A DNA stretch of 63,145 bases, filler included, from Diploschistes diacapsis (GCA_023645945.1; 15 parts of 15 records of this genome joined end to end with filler, not necessarily neighbours in it), one strand, 5' to 3'; shown: positions 25,363-36,555, counted from the first letter of the whole stretch. Numbers and translations are program-made. Notes: a model not told the origin generated them from the sequence alone.

Positions 25363-25519
25363 ACCCTGCCGTATCTTGGTAAGCACCTGGGCATTAACCC
25401 TGCCGTGTCTTGGCAAGCACCTGGGCATTAATTCTGCCGTGGCTTGGCAAGCACCTGGGCACTAACCCTGCCGTGTCTTGGTAAGTATCTGGGCATTAAT
25501 CCTACCGTGGCTTGGCAGG
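25363..25519 (+). repeat. 34-bp minisatellite, about 4.6 copies (ACCCTGCCGTGTCTTGGCAAGCACCTGGGCATTA)
   Basis: Units start at 25363, 25397, 25431, 25465 and 25499, with no spacers. Confidence 0.92.
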
Positions 25520-25761
25520 CCCCTGAGCTGGGCTGTTTTACTACCCCTCTTTCTAGATACTTATATCTCTTATAAGCGCGATATTCTTTTTCAGTCAATC
25601 TCCACCTCGATCTTCATCTCTTTTTCTAATTTATTTAAAAGGATACCCGTTATTCTTTTGTAATAAATATTTCCGTCTCTTTAAACCCTTTTCAACGTCG
25701 TTTTTAATTAAATACGCTCCCAAATTCTATAAGAAAATATAATCGTCATAATAATCGATAC

Positions 25762-26152
25762 TGTTTGGCAACGTAATGGATATATTGAAGTCTAGAGGTC
25801 TTATCTAGGAGGTTATCCTACTTTACAGACTTTTATCCTCGTGGGATACACTAAGCCCTACTACCTACACTATTCCTTATTCGGTCTAGTTGGAATTCCA
25901 GGAAATTCAACTGAACTGAACCCCGGAATTCAGCTGAACTGAACCTCTTTCTAAAACTCAGTTGTATTCTCAACCATATCTTCTATCTATCTATTTAATA
26001 CTCCCCCACAGGCGGAATTACCCGACATAACTATATAATTTAATTAAATATCTTTTAAATTAAACCGAGTCCTTTAATAAAGGCGTCGTGCTTCGAATAA
26101 TTTAATGATTTCGTAAACCCGTTAACAATCATTTTATCGATAGGAACATAAG
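25762..26152 (-). mobile_element. Ty1/Copia 3' end: RNase H remnant, polypurine tract and ~240-bp 3' LTR
   Basis: Minus strand encodes YVPIDKMIVNGFTKSL (compare Copia YIPTxEMxADGLTKPL); GGGGGAG PPT at 26007-26001 abuts LTR 26000-25762, which ends CCAAACA. Confidence 0.8.
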
Positions 26153-26987
26153 NNNNNNNNNNNNNNNNNNNNNNNNNNNNNNNNNNNNNNNNNNNNTTAA
26201 TTAATTAANNNNNNNNNNNNNNNNNNNNNNNNNNNNNNNNNNNNNNNNNNNNGGATTTAACGGGGTTGACCAGGTACTATATATTGTCACGAAAATATTA
26301 AGAATGGCGTATTTTATATTACGTAAGCGTTGATATTCGCGGCGTGAGAGCTTTAGCGAGTTTTCAACGCTAGTTATCCGGCGCTAAATTAGCGGATTTT
26401 TTAATATTTTTTTCGAAAAAATAATTTTTTTAAAATATTAAAAAAATGCTTTTTTATTTTTTGATTAGGTAATAAAAATGATTGGCCTCGCTATCTTCGC
26501 CGGTTTCGCCAGTTTCGCCAGTTTCGCCAGTTTCGCCATGTTTCGCCAAACGTTTTGGCGAAAGCTGGCGAAATGGGCGAAACCCGCGAAACAGGTACTT
26601 TCGTTAGAAATTTTTTTTTGCTTGAAAAACTTTTCGTGATGTTTTCGTTATTTTAATAGAACAACTTTTCGAATATTTACTCGAGAAGCTAGCCCCCGAA
26701 TAAGAAATAACGAAAGTTTAATAAACGGTACTGATTATATATAAGTATAACGATAAATACCGTGCCGAGTAAACGGCGCGTGAAAAGAGAACAAAAGCGA
26801 AGACGGGAAAGATAATAACGAAACCGGCGCGCGAGGGGAGGGGTGAAAAGACGGCGGAAGAGAAATAAAGGAACGACGAGGAAGCGGAACGGGACGAGAA
26901 AGAAGTCGAAAAAGATGTTATCGAAAAAAAAGATATTAAAAGATGTTTTTTAATATTTTTAAAGGTTCTTAAATATATATTAATATA

Positions 26988-27694
26988 ACGTGTTTGACGG
27001 TGAGTCCGGCCACCCCCAGAGTCCGGCCACCTTAAATTACTATCGCCAACATTCTACGGTTTTTAGATATAACCTATTCGTCGCAATTAGAATCTAATCG
27101 ATCTAAATCGAATCTATTTTCTTCCTCTTTATCTTCCTCAATTTCAGAAATGCGACGACGTTTTTTACGCGTTATAGGTCGTTTTAAAATTATTTAACTC
27201 GATTTAATGTAAATTATTATTTTAAGAACTTCGTCTATATTAAATATAAAACGATTTTTTAATTCGATTCGTTTGTTTAATTTACGTTTTTTACGATTAT
27301 TAAGAAGCGTTTTTTGTTCTCGATTTTCTTTACGAAGCGTTGTGAACTTAGTATACGTAGATTTAAGCATACGGGTTATTCGACTCGAATAACGTCGAAT
27401 CGGATTAATCAGTTCTAGAACGGTTCGTAACGCCTAATTAAACTTTTTATTAACCTTTCGTAGTTCGGTCGTATTTAATAGAGAGCTATATAATAAAAAT
27501 AAATCTAAATCGAATTGATTCGAGGTTAAAAGAGGGCTATAAAATAGAGATAAAGGGGTCCGATAGATCGAATAAAGTTTATTAAACACGGTTATAAAAT
27601 TAATAAATTATAATTTAATATTTATAAAATTTGCTTAAACGTTTCGACTCGTAACAGCTCGATTCTAAATTATTAAAAATAATTTAATTTATTC
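26988..27694 (-). mobile_element. pogo/Fot1-type DNA transposon end with RIP-mutated transposase C-terminus
   Basis: TA|ACGT terminus with an internally duplicated GAGTCCGGCCACC; minus-strand basic coiled-coil remnant (LRKENREQK...RKKRK). Confidence 0.65.
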
Positions 27695-28008
27695 NNNNNN
27701 NNNNNNNNNNNNNNNNNNNNNNNNNNNNNNNNNNNNNNTTAATTAATTAANNNNNNNNNNNNNNNNNNNNNNNNNNNNNNNNNNNNNNNNNNNNCCCTGG
27801 TAGCCCTTATTGGGTTTTGCGTATTACAAATAACCTTTCGTTTCCGTCGCTTATTTATCGTAATAAGATTCGTTTCTTATGATTACGACGCGTTTTTTCG
27901 GTTCGATTATCGTTATTTTTATTATAGAAAATTAATCGTTATATTATTTATCGATCATTTATTAATTACGAATTATTTATTTAATAAGTCTTTTTTATTT
28001 ACGAAAAT

Positions 28009-28330
28009 TGTTTGGCAACGTAATGGATATATTGAAGTCTAGAGGTCTTATCCTAGGAAGTATCCTACTGTGCAGACTTTTATCCTCCACGGTGTGCGCT
28101 AAGCCCTACTACCCTAACCGGTCTAGCCAAAATCCCAGCAGGTTCAGGGGGAAGCTCAGCTAAACTGAACTTCCTAGTTCATCTAACCTGAATCTTCCAG
28201 AATTGGATCGAGCCTACCATACCTTCTACCTGTCCGCTCAACACTCCCCTTTAGGCGGAACCGTTCAGTATATCTAATCCAACTAGATCTTTTAACCTAG
28301 GCCAGTCCTAATAAATTAATAGTTTCGTAC
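28009..28330 (-). mobile_element. Second Copia 3' LTR (28243-28009) with PPT
   Basis: First ~42 bp identical to the 25762 copy; on the minus strand AGGGGAG|TGTTGAGC...CCAAACA. Confidence 0.78.
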
Positions 28331-29346
28331 GAAGTAACCCGTTTATTAAATAACTTATCTTTCATCTTATTGCTCTTTTTGATCGAATAGGTTCAACCCT
28401 AGTACAGCCGAACTTCAATAATTATCGAAGAATATCGAACAGGTTCAGTAATAGGTATAACTAAATTCTCGATAATTATCGAGGGTTTCGACTAGATTCA
28501 ACAACATAAGTAACGTGTAATACGCAGAACCCAATAAGGGCTACCAGGGGGTATGCCAAGCATATACCAAGGCCCGCTAACGTGTTCTTATATAAGAGCA
28601 GAGTTTTCGTAGATAAAAATAATTCTTTAAAAGTTATTTCATCAATATATCTATCGTCTAATAAAGGTCTAACCACCGAATAATTATTTATCTATCTTAT
28701 TATTATATTATAGTATTAATTTTTATAATTATAACTTCTTTTCTTTCTTAAAAATTACGGTTCAAAATATAGCAAATAATTCGCGATCGAAACGCAATAC
28801 CCGTCTATAATCATAAAATAAACAAAAATTAAAAAACGAGTTTAATAAATCGTAAACTTTTAATAACCGATTTATAAGCGAAATAATATCGAAAGAAGAA
28901 ATTCTTAACTCTATAAAACTAAAATAACTTCGATTAAAAGATATTCGACTATAAGAACGAATAAAAATACTAAAAATGAAAAAAAAATACTATAATCTAA
29001 AAGACGTTTAAAACGTATCGAAAACGACGTTAAACGATTAAAAATTAATAAAGAAATTTTCGACGTTAATATTTATTTCAACGTTAACGCGACGCCGTTA
29101 ATTCGTAAAAGACGAGCGAGCGAAAATTATTAAAATGCTAAAAATCATTATCTTAAATTTAAAAAACTTCTAAATTATTAAAAAAAATCTATCCGAAAAT
29201 ATTAAGAATGATTTTAGATCGCTAATAATTCTTTNNNNNNNNNNNNNNNNNNNNNNNNNNNNNNNNNNNNNNNNNNNNTTAATTAATTAANNNNNNNNNN
29301 NNNNNNNNNNNNNNNNNNNNNNNNNNNNNNNNNNAATTACATTATA

Positions 29347-29396
29347 ATGTAGTGTTCCGCTTCGTGGGGTGTTCCATTTCGTGGTGAAACACGTTA
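29347..29396. mobile_element. pogo/Fot1-type terminal inverted repeat (related copy at 61789-61832)
   Basis: GTGTTCCGCTTCGTGGGGTGTTCCRTTTC...ACGT|TA at both sites. Confidence 0.7.
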
Positions 29397-29430
29397 TTTA
29401 TATGCCATGCGGATAAACTACCCGGATATA

Positions 29431-29537
29431 CAGTACTGGGCCAAAAGTAGTTAGGTACACCATAAGCGGCAGTAAAGAAGATGACTGTCTCTTTACTGCC
29501 GCTTATGGTGTACCTAACTACTTTTGGCATCTGACTG
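29431..29537. mobile_element. 107-bp Tc1/mariner-type MITE (fold-back)
   Basis: TA|CAGT...ACTG|TA termini; perfect 39-bp inverted arms at 29440-29478 and 29490-29528; GCCAAAAG after CAGT resembles Tc1-family TIRs. Confidence 0.85.
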
Positions 29538-29730
29538 TATAACATTAGCCCACGACAAGTCAACAAGTCTTGACGTCATGGGCAGCAACGCCCCCGGAAC
29601 TCTGCTCTCCCTTCCCTTCTGGGTTTGGGGCCAAAAACGAAAGAGCTTGCTGGTGTTTCTGTTTATTTACCCCCTTCTGCTCCCCTTTTCCTTCCTCTGC
29701 ATCCAGTTTGCTGCTCTTCCTACGCGTCCA

Positions 29731-29763
29731 CAGTACAGTACAGTACAGTACAGTACAGTACAG
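29731..29763 (+). repeat. (CAGTA)6 microsatellite in the SOD 5' leader
   Basis: Directly visible. Confidence 0.95.
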
Positions 29764-29802
29764 CTTCAAATTCCGCTCGTTAATCAATCAAGCATGTGCA
29801 AT

Positions 29803-30711
29803 ATGTACAACAAGGCTTTCCTTTCCGCCTTGAGCGGCTTTGCCCTCGTTTCTGCACAGTCTTCGGCAACTAATCCCGCCGTGCCCAGCAGCGCCGCTCA
29901 GGTGCCTACTATTGAGGGAGCTCTGACCTATGATGGCCCGCCGGTCATCGGTTTCACTGGTCTGTCGCCTTTCTGTACTTAACCTGGGCGCATATTAACG
30001 TATTCAGGACCTGGCGGAAATGCCACTGTCCAGGCGAACAACCCACAGGCCACCTACCAGGCCATCTTGCCTTCGGCCAACTTTGACAGCGCCACTGGCT
30101 CCATCATCACTGGATCCGTTCTAGCCACGACTGGCGCGGGCGGAACTGGCGTCACTTTCAACATCAACTTCACAGGCTTCCCCTCGGTAGCCGAGTACGG
30201 CCCGTTCGGTAAGCATTACGGCACAAACAGCTACGGAACGTAACTGAACGTCTCCATAGTATATCACATCCACGAACTCGCCGTTCCAGCAGACGGCAAC
30301 TGCACCGCAACCCTGGGCCATCTCGATCCCACCCAGCGCGGCGAGCTCCACGCGTGCGAGGCGCAAGCTCCTCAGACCTGCCAGGCCGGAGATCTCGCTG
30401 GCAAGCACGGCAACGTCACTGCCCAGACCTGGACCGTCAGCTACACCGACAACTACCTCTCCACCGTTCAGGGCTCTCCCTACTTCTTCGGCGACAAGTC
30501 CATTGTCATCCACAGCAGCAACGCTACCCGCTTGACATGCGCCAACTTCGCCCTCGTTTCCTCGACCTCCACCAACGGCACCAACGGCACCGCTCCCACT
30601 GCCACCGGCACCCCATCCGTGAGTCCCTTCGCTGGAGGTGCTGCGGCTACTTTCGGCACTGCTGGTGCACTCACCGGCCTCCTTGCCGCCGCCGCCGCTT
30701 TCTTGCTTTAA
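29803..30711 (+). CDS. Secreted, probably GPI-anchored Cu-only superoxide dismutase (Sod4/Sod5 type), introns 29960-30007 and 30209-30259
   Basis: Signal peptide; spliced GPFVYHIHELAVPADGNCTATLGHLDP...CQAGDLAGKHG...SIVIHSSNATRLTCANF; Ser/Thr linker and hydrophobic C-terminus (LLAAAAAFLL*). Missed by the ORF track. Confidence 0.92.
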
Positions 30712-31200
30712 ATGTAACATATTTGATTCCGGCCCCGTATTTTGATGTACAGATAGCTAAGGCCCTAACGGTCTTCATAAACATAATGTCAATTACCCAG
30801 TCCAGCTTCTTTATTCGCGTGTTTCACGACGTTCTGGTATCGTGTACAGTGGTACCTCAATGTTTGCCAACCTTTTGAAGTGTGTAGATACCCTTCGCAC
30901 GATCACGAACGTTCAATTCATCACATTCCCTGTCAGAAAACGGCCCTTTCTGCAAGGCCCGCACCCTAGATGCGGCCTTGTTTCATTTCTTCTAGACCGA
31001 ACGAGCGTCTACCGGCTGAGATACAAAAGAACGACAGCACGTTACCCGTCCCCCCACATACCCCCAAAAACATCACGAACAATCTCGAGTCCCACCTGGC
31101 CACGAAAAGAACAGCCCAGCCCTCAGCAGCACAACACTGCGTTCCCTCCAATCAGTCGCCCGGCACCTGAACGAACATTTGCCCCCCCCATCCCGTTCTC

Positions 31201-31470
31201 CTACTTCCCTTTCCCTTGTCCGCCGCCCTGCTGCCCTCCCCGACCTCCACCGGTCACGTGGCTCGTTCCCGAAGAAGCCGCATACGCGGCCTTGTCCGCT
31301 GTGCTCTGGGCGCGGGTGTCGAATCCACTTTGGGCTGTTGCTGAGCCCGGGTTTTTCTGTAGCAAAGTCAACTGCTGTCGATTTTTTGGGGCCTGGGGGA
31401 GAGAGGGGATAGGTGATTGTGAGCTTACGGCGCCTGAGGACTGGATGCGGGAGGCGCTTGCTTTGTCCAT
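31201..31470 (-). CDS. Small hydrophilic SMP/LEA-like stress protein, intron 31428-31357
   Basis: MDKASASRIQSSGAKNPGSATAQSGFDTRAQSTADK: the A.RIQS...GF..RAQS.A motif of fungal SMP-like proteins, with a Gly-rich tail. Confidence 0.75.
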   Translation of the reverse strand: MDKASASRIQSSGAVSSQSPIPSLPQAPKNRQQLTLLQKNPGSATAQSGFDTRAQSTADKAAYAASSGTSHVTGGGRGGQQGGGQGKGK

Positions 31471-32895
31471 TATTGGAGCTTGAGGAACGGATAAAGAGTT
31501 TGGTGATCCGGAGGTTAATTTCGGTAGGAGTTGTCTGACGGTGGTTTGGGTCTGGTCTGGCTTGGCTTGGGAAGGTGATATGGGACGAGACGAGTCCTTG
31601 AAGGGATGTAGATTGAAAGGAAGGTGGGACTTTGACGGGCTATTTATGCTGTTCGACCTGCGCTTCTCCGGCTTGATCATTGTCCTACCATTTACTACGG
31701 CTCGAGACGGATGCAGCATTGCTGTCGACCAAAGGACCCGAATGTGCGTCGTTTACGACAGCGCACGACGCATCTAGCCTCTCACCCCCTCCTCACTTTT
31801 TGCTGACTTGCTAGAGAAAGAGGTCCCCCATATGACATGTCAAGGAAGCTGCCACCGTGCCTCACGCCGCAGGGAGCGAGTCAAAGCGTACTTCAACTGC
31901 GTTTTCCTGCAAGTGGCACATGCAGATCCCCCCCCTCTCAACTTCGAGCTGGCATGTACATCACCTGCTCGATCACTCCAGCGGTTTGTGTTCAACATGG
32001 TAAGCTCGCTGCCGCCCCCGCTCGCACCGCCGTCTCTTCCACTTCCACCTCCGCTTCGACTGTGAACTTCTTCTCGCCGCAGCAGGGGACAATGGTAGCT
32101 TGGGGCCAAACGAGACGTCCCTTCCATGCTCTCAACAGCGAGATCTGCAGCGAACCGCCATGCAGGCTGATGGTACGGCGCGTCCATCGTACCGCGTGTG
32201 ACAGCCAGATGAGCGGTCAGCGAGGAGCTTTGGCCTTGCTGCGGGCTGGTGCATTCGCTGCGACGCCCACTATCGAGCCCTGCAGAGTTCCGGGCTCCAT
32301 GTCCGTCGATAGGCAGGTAGGATGTATTTAATACTTGCTCGTACGGGCGCTGATATGGTATGCACGTGCTGTGATGGAAATGTGACACGTCTCTCTGCAA
32401 AAGTACGAGGTATCGATTCTGGTCTTGATGCGGGCGGGTACTTCCTTTTGTGCATCTGTTCGAGTGGAGGTATGTCAAAGCGTGGGTGAACTTGTAGACG
32501 GACATTGGTCCGAGCCATGGATGGGAGTATGTGAGGCTCGGGAGGCGTGATGCACATGCTAAGTCATGATGTTCATTCTTTTTGAAATGAACAAGCAGAC
32601 TTCCGAGAGATACATATGCACGTATTGGATTATACGGTAATATTATTGGGTATGTAATGCCCGCCCTGCACAGATCCGAGCGCCGTCCAGTGCCCATCCC
32701 CTGTCGCATACCAATAGTAACCAATCCAACATTGTTTGATACAAGTCTAATGTGCGTCAGTTACTTCTCGAGATCACTGTCTACCCGATTTATCATAGGA
32801 TCTTAACAGCTCTATGCGCATCCGCAAAGCTTTTCTACTAACTCCCACAAACTCCCAACATCAAATAGCCACTGCTACCCCACACTATTCACCCC

Positions 32896-35800
32896 TCAAC
32901 TTGCCGCCCAGTTCTGCCATAAACACCTGCACCCGCCCACGCCCCCATCGATCCCTCCTGGTCCTCCGTCCGCAGTAGACACATTCACATGCCCAAAGAT
33001 CCCCTCCGCAGCATTGATTAGTCCTGGTCCACCCGCCGCTCTGTTCTCGATATGGATCTGCTTCTCGCCGGAGATGATACGCTCGTTATCGTCCATACCG
33101 TAGCAGTAGATCATCTTCGTAGCTATGTCGCCGCCATGCCGGTCCAGGGTTATGGAGACAGGGTAGGGAAAGGAACCTGGGCGCGTGAGGTCATCGGCCG
33201 AGTCTTGAGTCGAAGAAGGGTTTAGAGCGGAAGTGGTGGTTGTACCAGTAGAGGAGTTTGTGGTCGAGTTGGAGTTGGATAGTAGCTGAACGGCGTTGCC
33301 GGCATTCGTCCAGATCTGGACAAGGAAGCGGGTTTGCGTCCAGGTGCAGCGGACGTTGGCGGCTGATTCGAGGGAGCCGCCGTCTTCGTCGCCCGGTACG
33401 TTGGGCTCTGAGGTGGAATTGAGAAGGTCCTGAGATCGTAGGAAAATGGAGCGATCAAAGTAGGTGTAGAATCCGTAGTGTTCGTCCGAGCGGCCCCGGT
33501 TGTAGAGTTGCAAAGGCTGCGCAGAAGGGAAAGGGTAGAGGTTCGCTGCCGCTGCTGTGCCATCAGAGTTCACTGAAGGTGGTGGTATCGCAATCGAGAT
33601 ATTAGGGAAAGGATTTGTTGCATTAGTGCCGAGGCTGGGATCCTGCCGCCTTATGAACTTGGCACTCGATACCGGTGTCGTGGGAAGGAAAGAGACAAAG
33701 AATGGAGTGGCCTCGCCTGCGAAGGGAGCTGTATTATTATCCGTGGTATTACCAAGAAAGTTCTGATCTTCCTCGCTTGGAGGTGCAGGGTTTGGAATGA
33801 AGAGTGAACTGGTGAATGAGTCTCGAGCTCGAAGAAGTTGATAGCGAACGAATTGTCCGGCCGATACTGGGTCGGCAGGCTGCAAGGATCGTCTGGAAGG
33901 GGTTGAGTTGCTGGAACTGATAGCAGCAGAGCCATTCTGAAAGCGTATCTCGATTCGGAAGTTTGGCTGATCAGGTTGATTTGGAGCTATTGACTGCTGC
34001 TGCTCCTTCGGCACTGCGCAGCTCCACATAGTCGTCGGTGCAACACATTGAGAATCCTCCACGGCCGCATTTGGTTGCGCAATAGTCGCGATACCGGTAG
34101 GTATCGGGGGAAATCCGGAGATGTTCAGCCACGAGTCTTGAATTGGAATGTCGCTGCGAGGTATTGTAAGGGTAAGGACCAGGACTAGGATCAAGAGGAC
34201 CATGGCAAACAGAGCTCCGAAAATGAGGAGACAAATCTTGCGCTTTCGCTTCCCGTCTTTGGTTTTCGCTTTCGGAATGCAACTTGTCAATTTCCATTTT
34301 GCTGCGCGATCCTTGCTGCCATTTCCTTGGACCTCCTTTACGCTGGCTGTGATAGACTTCTTGTCTTCCTTAACCGGCCAAGCCCACGGTGGGTGCTCAA
34401 AAGCCGGAGCGTGGGATCTTTCTCCTGAGACAGACCTTTCGAGGGAGTATCCATGTGGAGTCTCGTGATCATGATTGATAGCAGATGCTGGCAAAGGCTT
34501 ATCAGGAGATCTTCTATAAGGACCAATACCCAGGCCGTTTCGGGTTCCCACAGGGTGATCACTCAAAGGAGACCAATCAAAAGCACTGGGTTTAGTGGAT
34601 GCTGTCGGCGCAGGCTCAAGGTAACGGGCTTCTGGTGGTTGAGGGGCAGCTCGGGGCTCCTCGATCTGGAGCAGATCGCGCGATGGTGGCGTGGTCGAAG
34701 GTGGGGATGTAGTTGCATGCCCAAATGCTGGCGTAGGTTCCATGGGTATAGCGTTATGGTTAACAAATTCGCGTTGCAGACCTGGAGTCAGCGCCGGCGG
34801 CGAGGGAGCTGCAGTCTCACTTGGTGGAGATGCTCGTGGTAACTCTAGCGTAGCAACTTGTGCCTTGACCGGCGCGGGCTGCAGTTGTGTCGCGTTTGAA
34901 GGATTCAGCTCACGGGTATCTTCCGCTACAGGTTCTAAAGGAAGAATCTCTGCTTCGAAAGTTGGTGGTTCTCCTCGGGCTGTTTCTGTTGCTTCAGGCA
35001 CCGGGCAGACATAATTGCTGCTTGCTTGGCTACGGGCGTTCTGGATCTCTGAAGTAACGTCTGCTTCGTCAATGCTAGTACTGTCACTCAATTTTCTAAT
35101 ATGAGGAGATGTTGGTGAACTATGGGTTTGTGTCCAATCTCCATCTGGGGCCTTTGAAACTTCAACCGGACTGATGGCCATTCTCGGGCCTCCTTCGGTG
35201 TCTGTAGCGTGGTTTTTGGCCATACCACCAGGTTGATAAGCGTGTGCAAGGCTGCGCTGCTCTGCTTCGTGCGCAGCATCTGGTCCGCCAATGGCAGGCC
35301 CATGTCTGTAATACCAGAGTCTTCTGCAACTGTGGTTTTGACATTTGAAATACGGGGTTGGACTATAAATATCGTGCCAACAAGCTTCGAAATACTCCGC
35401 AGCTTCACCAAACCCTTTTTCTGGAATGAACTCGAGGCTCAGACCAATTTTGCCTCTATTGAGATCAGGCTGACGCTTCAAGTCTGTTGGACTGTCTGTA
35501 AAGAAAGCCAATGTATGACGATTTTCTTCCCACGGAGTGATGTCGGACCTTAAGCTGCCCCGTACCTCTGATTTCTCATCGCTTTTTTCAACAATAGGCG
35601 AACTAGCCATTTCTGGTTTCGACCTATTAGGAGTGTCGCTAGCCTTCTCCTTGGGGACTTTGATTGACTTCCTTCCGATTATAGTGCTCGACCTGTCCAG
35701 TAAGGGGGAAAGCAATGTGTTCCACCAACCTTTGGATCGATGACGTGTTGCAATGGTATCGACACTCTTGGTTCGTAGAATACCCAGCTGGCTTTCGTTG

Positions 35801-36555
35801 GAGTATCTCTTAAATAAAACGTCTCGATCTTCGTCCTCGCTGAAGTCTGTGTGCCACGAAGCTGCAGATACCGGTCGGACTGCCTTGTGTAAAGGGACAA
35901 GGGCATTGGATGGGATTGGCGGAACAGGAGGGACGTGCAAAGCCAAGGGTATGCTTCCAAATTGTGAGACTCCCCTAGCATGCTGAGTGGCTTGCGAGTA
36001 GACACTTGAACGAGGTCTAGACTTGTTGTCTGCTAGGTTCCATGGGTTTTCCAAAGCTGCGGGAGTAATTACAATCTCAGGCGTAATACCTTGGTGATTA
36101 CCGGCATGTTGAGTGACAACGCCTCCTCTTTGTGCATTGACATTTTCTGGCTGCAGAGCGATGCCAATCACCAAATCTCTGTCTGAAGGTGAAAGTCCTG
36201 ATAGCCTACTGTCTGCGCTCTTGATTGTTTCAACGCGACCTTTCGATCCTTCCACCCTGGCATTCCGTCGCCGCTCTTGTATGGACTCCTGCCGTCTATG
36301 GCCTTGCCCAGACGCTTGACTTATCCTTGGTCGAGTGAAGTTCGTAACGAGGTTCAGTTGAGGGGCTGTAGGACGTGATCGAGGTCCTGCAGATGCAGAC
36401 GCTTGACCTTTGGCTGGAGAATTAGCCTGCAATTTCTGACGTACTCTCTGCTTGAGTGGCGGCGATGAGGTTGATGAGGAGTCAGAGACATCGGTCATGG
36501 GTGAGCCAAAGGGCATACGATGAGCTGGCTCAGGGTCGACCGAAGCAGGCTTCAT
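32896..36555 (-). CDS. Large fungal type II membrane protein (disordered N-terminus, one TM helix, Cys-containing lumenal domain)
   Basis: Intronless 1219-aa ORF; basic patch KRKRK then TM helix ICLLIFGALFAMVLLILVLVLTL; C-terminal PPIPTG, WSCAVP, CTWTQTRF, PYPVSITLDRHGG, GCRCLWQN. Confidence 0.85.
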   Translation of the reverse strand: MKPASVDPEPAHRMPFGSPMTDVSDSSSTSSPPLKQRVRQKLQANSPAKGQASASAGPRSRPTAPQLNLVTNFTRPRISQASGQGHRRQESIQERRRNARVEGSKGRVETIKSADSRLSGLSPSDRDLVIGIALQPENVNAQRGGVVTQHAGNHQGITPEIVITPAALENPWNLADNKSRPRSSVYSQATQHARGVSQFGSIPLALHVPPVPPIPSNALVPLHKAVRPVSAASWHTDFSEDEDRDVLFKRYSNESQLGILRTKSVDTIATRHRSKGWWNTLLSPLLDRSSTIIGRKSIKVPKEKASDTPNRSKPEMASSPIVEKSDEKSEVRGSLRSDITPWEENRHTLAFFTDSPTDLKRQPDLNRGKIGLSLEFIPEKGFGEAAEYFEACWHDIYSPTPYFKCQNHSCRRLWYYRHGPAIGGPDAAHEAEQRSLAHAYQPGGMAKNHATDTEGGPRMAISPVEVSKAPDGDWTQTHSSPTSPHIRKLSDSTSIDEADVTSEIQNARSQASSNYVCPVPEATETARGEPPTFEAEILPLEPVAEDTRELNPSNATQLQPAPVKAQVATLELPRASPPSETAAPSPPALTPGLQREFVNHNAIPMEPTPAFGHATTSPPSTTPPSRDLLQIEEPRAAPQPPEARYLEPAPTASTKPSAFDWSPLSDHPVGTRNGLGIGPYRRSPDKPLPASAINHDHETPHGYSLERSVSGERSHAPAFEHPPWAWPVKEDKKSITASVKEVQGNGSKDRAAKWKLTSCIPKAKTKDGKRKRKICLLIFGALFAMVLLILVLVLTLTIPRSDIPIQDSWLNISGFPPIPTGIATIAQPNAAVEDSQCVAPTTMWSCAVPKEQQQSIAPNQPDQPNFRIEIRFQNGSAAISSSNSTPSRRSLQPADPVSAGQFVRYQLLRARDSFTSSLFIPNPAPPSEEDQNFLGNTTDNNTAPFAGEATPFFVSFLPTTPVSSAKFIRRQDPSLGTNATNPFPNISIAIPPPSVNSDGTAAAANLYPFPSAQPLQLYNRGRSDEHYGFYTYFDRSIFLRSQDLLNSTSEPNVPGDEDGGSLESAANVRCTWTQTRFLVQIWTNAGNAVQLLSNSNSTTNSSTGTTTTSALNPSSTQDSADDLTRPGSFPYPVSITLDRHGGDIATKMIYCYGMDDNERIISGEKQIHIENRAAGGPGLINAAEGIFGHVNVSTADGGPGGIDGGVGGCRCLWQNWAAS

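Noticed and set aside
25363..25519. 34-bp repeats as a CRISPR array
   Set aside because: Units are contiguous with no unique spacers, there are no cas genes, and the context is eukaryotic.
30121..30878. ORF-track calls at 30121-30720 (-) and 30354-30878 (+)
   Set aside because: Shadow frames of the spliced SOD gene, which uses a different + frame.
31808..32724. Overlapping ORFs including a 294-aa minus-strand ORF
   Set aside because: No motifs or codon bias; likely promoter/intergenic DNA upstream of the SMP-like gene.
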